Assembly: GCA_965208105.1 (NCBI GenBank)
Contig: OZ242318.1
Coordinates: 3,296,001-3,360,000, forward strand
Direction: 5' to 3'
From: Candidatus Latescibacterota bacterium
Lineage (GTDB): Bacteria; Latescibacterota; UBA2968; UBA8231
Length of the DNA: 64,000 bases
The notes beneath the pieces were generated by a model that saw only the letters and a program-made list of their open reading frames with translations, was not told the DNA's origin and made no database searches. The translations under genes were made by a program, and so were the position numbers. Below, piece by piece: positions 57,931 through 64,000 of this stretch. Numbering within the stretch: the first letter of the stretch is position 1; each line of letters begins with the position of its first letter.

Positions 57931-59673
57931 CTAGGAGGCGCTCTCGATCCGCACCGCAATTATATCCATGTCGTTGTACTTCTGGTGGCGCACCGAAGAG
58001 GCGTAGTGCCGCAGCAGGCGGAACGAAATCTCGCGTTCGTCCACGAGCTCGGGCTGTTCGCTGAGATAGGCCAGCCGGTCCTCGACGTTCTCTCCCGCGG
58101 AAGAGGCGAGGAACTCCAGCTCCGCGGCGCCTTCGGCCACACGCGCATTGAGGATCAGCCGGCCTCCCCCGGCACCATCCTCGCCCCCATTCTGTTGTAC
58201 CAGGATTGCCAGCGTCTCTTCTCCCGCGGCGCGCAGACGTTCGGTCGAGGCTTCGTTCCAGCCTATTTTCGCGGAGAACCTCTGGAGGAAGCTGTCGATC
58301 TCAGGCAGGGAACGGTCGGCCAGCTCGACCTCCAGCCGCCGCTTCCGCGCTCCCGTCCACTCCAGGAACGCGGTCAGCAGGATCGCGGCCAGACCCCCGG
58401 CGGTCATGCCGTTGCCGAGCAGGTTGCCCCAGGTACTGCCCAGCAGGTCGGCGAAGATCACCTGGTTCTGAAAGCCCACACCGATCCAGAAGGACAGACC
58501 CGCGATGGCGGCCTTGCGGTGATCGAGCCCGCTTTCGACGACCAGCTTCATTCCCTGTACGAAGAGCAGAGCGATGAGGAGGGTGACATAGGCCGCGCCT
58601 ACGGGATTGGGAATGGCGATCAGGAGGGCCGTAACCTTGGGAGACAGGGCCAGGAGTATGAAAATGATGCCGATGTAGACCCCGACGCGGCGTGCGGCGA
58701 CCCCGGTCAGCTCTGCTAGGGAAATGCTGGTGGAGTAGGTGGTGTTGGGCGGGGTCCCCGCGAGCCCGGAGAGCAGGTTGCCCATGCCGTCGGCGTTCAG
58801 GGCACCCTGGACCAGGCGAAAATCAGTTGCCCTCCGCTGCCGCCTCGAGACCCTTTGAATTGCGACGCCGTCGCCGATGGTTTCAATGGCGCCCACCAGG
58901 GTCACGACAATGAATGCCGGCAGAAGGGCCCAGAACTCCGCACCCAGGGAAAGGTCCAATCCGGGCCAGGAACTGTCGGGGAGTCCGATCCAGGGGGCCT
59001 GGATCACTGGCTGAAGGTCGAATAGTCCGAAGGGGGCGGCCACGGCGCATCCCGCCGCGATGCCGATGAGCGGCGCCCACAGCCGCCAGGTTACCGGTGC
59101 CCGCAGCGTAAGGACCACGAGGACGGCGAGGGTCGCTCCCGAGGCGGCGGGGGCCGCCTCGACGGGGGTGCCGGCGGGAACCTCGGTCAGCAGGCCGAAG
59201 ATGACCGGCATTACGGTGACCGCGATCAGCATGATCACCGTTCCGGAGACCACCGGAGTGATGATTCGGCGCAGCAGCGAAAGGCGCGCGGCCAGAGCGA
59301 ACTGAACCAGGGAAGAAGCTACTATCAGGGTCGCCATCAGAGACGGCCCACCCTTCACCAGAGCAGCGATGCAGACCGCAATGAAAGCGCCTGAAGTGCC
59401 CATGATGAGCACGTGCCCGGCCCCGATGCGGCCGACCCGGACCGCCTGCAGGACAGTGCTGACTCCACTGATCATCAGCGCTGCGAAGGCCACCCAGGTC
59501 AGGTAGCTCTGGGGCTGTTCGGCGGCCCTGGCGATGATGACCGCGCTGAGCACCACCGGCGCCAAGACGACGACCGCCGCCTGAAATCCGGCCCCTGCGG
59601 CTACCGAGTGGGGTGGCCGCTCCTCTGGCTCGAAGCGGATGTTTCCGGTTCCCTGCGCAGTTTCCAAGGCCAT
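57931..59673 (-). CDS. NCS2 (xanthine/uracil) permease fused to a C-terminal RsbW-like domain
   Basis: MGTSGAF, TP.VSG.VI, ETIGD, ADG.GN and PNTTYS...LTGVAAR.VG; about 140-aa soluble tail. Confidence 0.85.
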   Translation of the reverse strand: MALETAQGTGNIRFEPEERPPHSVAAGAGFQAAVVVLAPVVLSAVIIARAAEQPQSYLTWVAFAALMISGVSTVLQAVRVGRIGAGHVLIMGTSGAFIAVCIAALVKGGPSLMATLIVASSLVQFALAARLSLLRRIITPVVSGTVIMLIAVTVMPVIFGLLTEVPAGTPVEAAPAASGATLAVLVVLTLRAPVTWRLWAPLIGIAAGCAVAAPFGLFDLQPVIQAPWIGLPDSSWPGLDLSLGAEFWALLPAFIVVTLVGAIETIGDGVAIQRVSRRQRRATDFRLVQGALNADGMGNLLSGLAGTPPNTTYSTSISLAELTGVAARRVGVYIGIIFILLALSPKVTALLIAIPNPVGAAYVTLLIALLFVQGMKLVVESGLDHRKAAIAGLSFWIGVGFQNQVIFADLLGSTWGNLLGNGMTAGGLAAILLTAFLEWTGARKRRLEVELADRSLPEIDSFLQRFSAKIGWNEASTERLRAAGEETLAILVQQNGGEDGAGGGRLILNARVAEGAAELEFLASSAGENVEDRLAYLSEQPELVDEREISFRLLRHYASSVRHQKYNDMDIIAVRIESAS

Positions 59674-59795
59674 CTCCCTGATTCAGGTTGAACAAATCGC
59701 CAGAAAGGCCGCTGCCGGGTGCTGCAAGCCGGGGAAGGAACCCCGGCAACCTGGCCGCGGACCACCTCTTTCCAGCCGATTTGAGACAGGATCTT

Positions 59796-60569
59796 TCAAA
59801 GGCGCCATACCAGCAGCAACTGGGCCGTGCTCTCGTCCTGGTCCGTGCCGAGCTTGTTGAGCCAATACTGGTATTCCACTCCCACCATGAACTGATGGGG
59901 AACTCCGGCTACGGCCCTGCCGAGATCCCAGGTGATTTGCGGCTGAGCGAGAACCGACCCTTTGAGGTCCTCGTTCAGCTCGTTGGTGCGACCGCCCAGG
60001 TACTCGGCATGGCCGACGACGGCCAGAGACTGATCCCCGATCCCGAAGGGGAGGGCCCAGTTGAGGTCGATCATGAAGCTGTTGTCGGCCTTGGGGGCGC
60101 CGCCACCCGCCAGGCCGATGTTGTCGTCCATGTAGGCGGTAAGGTCCGTGTTCAGAAACAGGAATCCCGGGATGTCCCAGGATACCCTCAGGCCCGGAAG
60201 GTACTTCAGGACTTTGGCCGCACCGCCCACGTTGACTCCGCCTATGATGGAAAAGTCAGCAACGGGGCCGAGGCTCAACTGCTCGTTGGACAGCTTGCCG
60301 AGACTCAAGGTTGGATACCACTCGGCGTAGAAGTCCCTCTCGTTGAAGCCGTCCTCCCCGCCGTCATTGAGGTAATCCAGAAAGAAGAAGCTGTCACCCA
60401 ACTTCCATCCCGAAGCCTGTTGCATGGTGAATACGAAGGTCCGATCCTGGGTTGCCGAGAATGGATTTTTCAGTTTGCCGTACTGCAGGTGGAACTCCGT
60501 TTGAGCTGGAATTGCGGTCCGGGTCACCAGGACCGCAGCCATCAGAAATCCGGCGTATGCTGTTTTCAT
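59796..60569 (-). CDS. Tsx-like nucleoside-specific outer-membrane channel
   Basis: Signal peptide, W..GD.FFF.D, Y.EWYP.LSLGK, QPQ..WD and GVEYQYW.NK.G; ends WRL. Confidence 0.82.
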   Translation of the reverse strand: MKTAYAGFLMAAVLVTRTAIPAQTEFHLQYGKLKNPFSATQDRTFVFTMQQASGWKLGDSFFFLDYLNDGGEDGFNERDFYAEWYPTLSLGKLSNEQLSLGPVADFSIIGGVNVGGAAKVLKYLPGLRVSWDIPGFLFLNTDLTAYMDDNIGLAGGGAPKADNSFMIDLNWALPFGIGDQSLAVVGHAEYLGGRTNELNEDLKGSVLAQPQITWDLGRAVAGVPHQFMVGVEYQYWLNKLGTDQDESTAQLLLVWRL

Positions 60570-60790
60570 TGCCAGGCCTTCACCCTTTCATTGATGACGC
60601 ACAGGCTGGAGTTCAGGACAGATAAACGACCTTGCCCCGGGGCGGGTCAAGAAATTTTTTGGTGCTTTTTTCACGGTGGAGGGATGGTGCAGGCAGTATT
60701 ACTTGACCCCGGTGCATGGAAGACGCCATATTAATTGAATCGGATTGAATTATATCGGCAATAACCTACAACCCACGAGACTCTGGAACT

Positions 60791-61123
60791 ATGGAAATCA
60801 ATGTCGAACGTGAGGACGGAACCATGATCGCCGTGGTGAAAGGCCGGGTCGACAGCGCAAACGCCCGGGAATTCGAGCAAGTGCTCACCGAAGCCATCGG
60901 CGATGACCACAACGTAGTTATCGATTTCGCGGGGCTTGCCTACATCAGCAGTTCGGGTCTGCGCGTCCTTCTGATGGTGGCCAAGTCGCTGCGGCAGCGG
61001 TCGGCGCACCTTGCGCTGTGCTCCCTTTCGACGGCGATCCGGGAGGTTTTCGAGATCAGTGGCTTCGACAAGATCATTCCGATTCACGACACTCGCGCCG
61101 AAGCCGTTGCCGCGCTCGGCTGA
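60791..61123 (+). CDS. STAS anti-sigma-factor antagonist, copy 2
   Basis: Close paralogue of 55659-55991 (GRVDSANAREFEQVLTEAIGD, YISSSGLR). Confidence 0.92.
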   Translation: MEINVEREDGTMIAVVKGRVDSANAREFEQVLTEAIGDDHNVVIDFAGLAYISSSGLRVLLMVAKSLRQRSAHLALCSLSTAIREVFEISGFDKIIPIHDTRAEAVAALG

Positions 61124-61193
61124 GGCTGGGCTTCGCGCGCCTTGCTGGGTCCTGCCCCTCCCGCCTCATGCCGGGGTGCCGCAGGTGTGAGCC

Positions 61194-61616
61194 ATGAACA
61201 TTAACCGCTTACTGCGCATAGCGACTGACCTGGGTGAGTTGAAGCGGATTCACGCCCTGGTGGAGGATGTGGGGAAGGAAGCCTCCTGGTCCCCCAGTTT
61301 CATCTACCAGGTCAACCTCGTCCTCGAGGAGTTGGCCGTCAATGTCATCAACTACGGGCACGGCGGCGACCCCAATCACGAGATCGAGATCGTCCTGGAC
61401 TGGGACGATGACCAGCTCACCATCGAGATGGTGGACGATGCCCCCGTCTTCGATCCCCTGAAAGACGCCCCCGATCCCGACCTGACCTCGGCGCTCAAGG
61501 ACCGGCCCATTGGCGGCCTGGGGGTTTATCTGGTTTATACCTTCATGGATGAGTTGAGCTACCGCCACGAGGAGGGCCGCAACCATCTCACATTGGTCAA
61601 GCGGAGGAAGGGATGA
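61194..61616 (+). CDS. RsbW/SpoIIAB-like kinase, copy 2
   Basis: Close paralogue of 57423-57845 (EELAVNVINYGHGGDPNHEI, GGLGVYLV). Confidence 0.92.
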   Translation: MNINRLLRIATDLGELKRIHALVEDVGKEASWSPSFIYQVNLVLEELAVNVINYGHGGDPNHEIEIVLDWDDDQLTIEMVDDAPVFDPLKDAPDPDLTSALKDRPIGGLGVYLVYTFMDELSYRHEEGRNHLTLVKRRKG

Positions 61617-62776
61617 GGGCGGCGGCCGCCTCACTCGCAGTTTTTACTGCGGTTGTGGCGATTGACGCCGAAGAAACGGGGGTCTCCCACCAGCGCATCC
61701 TCTTTGGCCAGTCGGCGGCATTCAGTGGCCCCGCCCAGGAGCTGGGCAAGAATATGCGGCGCGGTATCCAGGCCGCGTTTGCGGAAGCCAACCGGCAGGG
61801 CGGCGTGCATGGCCGGCAGTTGGAGTTGCAGTCTCTCGACGACGCCTACGAACCCGAGGCCGCCATCGCCAACACCCGCCAACTTATCGAGCAGGAAGGG
61901 GTGTTCGCGCTCATCGGCGCAGTCGGCACCCCCACCTCGCGCTCGGCCACTCCTGTAGCCGCCGCCGCCGCCGTTCCCTACATCGCTCCTTTCACCGGCG
62001 CCGCTTTCCTGCGCCAGCCGATGTGGTCCAACGTGATCAACCTGCGGGCCTCCTACAACCAGGAGACCGAGGCCATGGTCGCGCGCCTGACAGCGGACCT
62101 GGGCATCGAGCGCATCGCGGTGATGTATCAGGACGACTCCTTCGGACGGGCTGGCTACCGCGGGGCGCGCCAGGCGCTCGAGCGCCGAGGCATGGAGCCG
62201 GTGGCCATAGGCGTGTACCCGCGCAATACCACGGCGGTGAAGACCGCCCTGCTCGACTTGCGCAGCGCAGATCCGGGCGCCGTCATCCTGGTGGGGGCGT
62301 ACCAGCCTGTGGCGGCCCTTATCGCCTGGGCCCGGCACACCGGCTGGGACCCGGTCTTCATAACCATCTCCTTCGTGGGCAGCAATGCCCTGGCCCGGGA
62401 GCTGGGCCGCGGCGGCACCGGTGTCTTCGTCACCCAGGTTGTTCCCTTTCCCGCCAACGACATCCCTCCGGTGGTCGCCGCCTACCGCCGCGCCCTGGCC
62501 GCCCATGCGCCTGAAGCCGCGCCCGGCTTCGTATCCCTGGAAGGCTACCTGGCAGGCCGATTGGCCATTGCCGCCCTCGAACGCTGCGGTCCCGAGGTTG
62601 ACCGGGCTCGCTTCCTGGAGAGTCTGCGCCGCGACGGTCTCATCGACCTTGGGGGCTTCGAGCTGAGCTACGGGGAAGCAGACAACCAGGGATCGGATGC
62701 CGTCTTCCTGACCGCGATCGGCAGCGACGGCACCTATTTCCCGATCGATACCCTGCGCGAGGCGAAAATGCCATGA
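61613..62776 (+). CDS. Periplasmic binding protein, LivJ/Peripla_BP_6 type
   Basis: GQSAAFSGPA..LG, N..GGVHGR, DDAYEP, GAVGTPTS and YQDDSFG. Confidence 0.9.
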   Translation: MRAAAASLAVFTAVVAIDAEETGVSHQRILFGQSAAFSGPAQELGKNMRRGIQAAFAEANRQGGVHGRQLELQSLDDAYEPEAAIANTRQLIEQEGVFALIGAVGTPTSRSATPVAAAAAVPYIAPFTGAAFLRQPMWSNVINLRASYNQETEAMVARLTADLGIERIAVMYQDDSFGRAGYRGARQALERRGMEPVAIGVYPRNTTAVKTALLDLRSADPGAVILVGAYQPVAALIAWARHTGWDPVFITISFVGSNALARELGRGGTGVFVTQVVPFPANDIPPVVAAYRRALAAHAPEAAPGFVSLEGYLAGRLAIAALERCGPEVDRARFLESLRRDGLIDLGGFELSYGEADNQGSDAVFLTAIGSDGTYFPIDTLREAKMP

Positions 62777-64000
62777 CCGGCCTGCTCAAACGCCTGCTCA
62801 AGGGCCGTTTCCGCATCTCGGCGCAGCTCTATTTCGGCATCGGCGGCGCCGTCGCCCTTACCATGGGGGCGAGTCTGGTCGGCTGGTTCGCTTTCAACAA
62901 GGTGGGCGACTCCCAGCGTCTGGTAAACGAGGACAGCCTTCCGGAGATGGCGGCCGCCTTCGCCGTCGCCCAGCAAAGCGGCACTCTGACGGCCGCCGCT
63001 CCTCGCCTGACGGCCGCGGCCACTCCCGAGGATTTCGCCAGGGTGGCCGCCGGGATCGCCGCGGAGCGGGAGGCCTTCGAGACCCGCCTGGAGGAGCTGA
63101 CCCGGCAGGGAGGGGAGGATGAGCGCTTCGTGCGCATTCGCGCCCACGGAGACTCGCTGATCGCCAACATCGCCGCCATCGACAGCTCGGTGGCCGAGCG
63201 CTTCGCCCTGGCCGCCCGCAGCGAGGCGCTCCGCGCCGAATTGGCCGCGGTTCGCGGCGGGTTGGTGGGGATTCTGGTCCCCGCCATTGACGATCAGCTA
63301 TTCTATGCCATGACCGGCTACCGGAACCTCGGTGAAGCCCCCGTTTCCCGCGCTCGCCATTTCTCGGAGGTGGAGTTCGACCGCTATCGTCACCTGGCCG
63401 AGCTGCAGGCGGACGCCACCATCGCCATCCAGCTTCTCGCCAGCGCCTTCAACCTGTCTGACGCCGCCCTGATCGAGCCTCTGCGGGAGCGCTTCGAGGC
63501 CGCAGCCGGCAGGATCGAGCGCCGCCGGTCGGTCTTCGGAGCTACCCCTTCGCAGGACCGCATCGCCGGGGCTTTCGAACGCTTGTTCCGCCTGGGGTTG
63601 GGCGAGCAGAGCGGCTTCAATTTGCGCGCCAGCGAGCTCGGGCTCGCGGAGCAGCAAAGGGGGCTGCTCGGCCGCAACCGCAGCCTTGCCATCGACCTCG
63701 TCGCCGAGGTGGAGGGTCTGGTGAGCGAGGCCCGCACGAGCGCCGAGGAAGCCTCCCAGGCCTCCACCGAGGCGATCCTCACGGGACGCCGTCTGCTCCT
63801 TGCCCTCAACGTGGTCAGCATCGTGGGGGCCCTGCTGATCGCCTACCTGTTCGTAGGCCGGGTCCTCCTGCGCCGCCTGGAGCGGTTGTCCGACCGCATG
63901 CGCGGGATGGCCGGAGGTGATCTGGAGACCAGGGTCGATATCGGCGGCCACGACGAGGTCGCCGACATGGCTTCGGCGCTCGAGGTCTTCCGTCGCCACG
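62773..64000 (+). CDS. TorS-like membrane sensor with HAMP domain (runs off the window; probably a histidine kinase)
   Basis: Manual translation from ATG 62773: TM1, a long helical periplasmic domain, TM2 (LLALNVVSIVGALLIAYLFVG) and HAMP (RL..L...M...A.GDL...V...G.DEVADMA.ALEVFR); no stop seen. Confidence 0.82.
   Translation, partial: MTGLLKRLLKGRFRISAQLYFGIGGAVALTMGASLVGWFAFNKVGDSQRLVNEDSLPEMAAAFAVAQQSGTLTAAAPRLTAAATPEDFARVAAGIAAEREAFETRLEELTRQGGEDERFVRIRAHGDSLIANIAAIDSSVAERFALAARSEALRAELAAVRGGLVGILVPAIDDQLFYAMTGYRNLGEAPVSRARHFSEVEFDRYRHLAELQADATIAIQLLASAFNLSDAALIEPLRERFEAAAGRIERRRSVFGATPSQDRIAGAFERLFRLGLGEQSGFNLRASELGLAEQQRGLLGRNRSLAIDLVAEVEGLVSEARTSAEEASQASTEAILTGRRLLLALNVVSIVGALLIAYLFVGRVLLRRLERLSDRMRGMAGGDLETRVDIGGHDEVADMASALEVFRRH

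Overview
Bacterial chromosomal window, GC-rich overall. Bases 1-37 kb are mostly housekeeping and metabolic genes: a UxaA-family dehydratase, carA, a CNNM/CBS protein, a histone-H1-like/SWIB protein, proC-hisH-hisF-proB-ftsB-recO-glyQS, tRNA-Leu-tig-clpP-clpX-engB-purA-prpB-prpC, MATE, arsC, purN, sat, a GMC/Gfo oxidoreductase cluster and ettA. This part also carries one IS630 element and a family of CTAG-flanked ~167-bp palindromic mini-elements whose core shows a compensatory base change. From 37 to 53 kb a polyamine-type ABC operon (potA / potD / potBC-like) is split by two blocks of cargo: Stf0 sulfotransferase, a possible ART-fold protein, a methyltransferase, a GNAT, toxin-antitoxin genes and remnants, a PaeR7I/XhoI-like R-M pair, a T5orf172 nuclease and a PLD-nuclease/P-loop fusion. 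One module is bracketed by a 211-bp duplication of the potD 3' end. From 53 to 64 kb lies a partner-switching cluster with no sigma factor in the window: two STAS proteins, two RsbW-like kinases, a REC-PP2C phosphatase, SulP, GPP34/GOLPH3, a Tsx-like porin, a binding protein with a TorS-like sensor, and an NCS2 nucleobase permease fused to an apparently inactive RsbW-like domain. This cluster is the best candidate for an undescribed system. All calls come from reading motifs by eye; no database searches were run.
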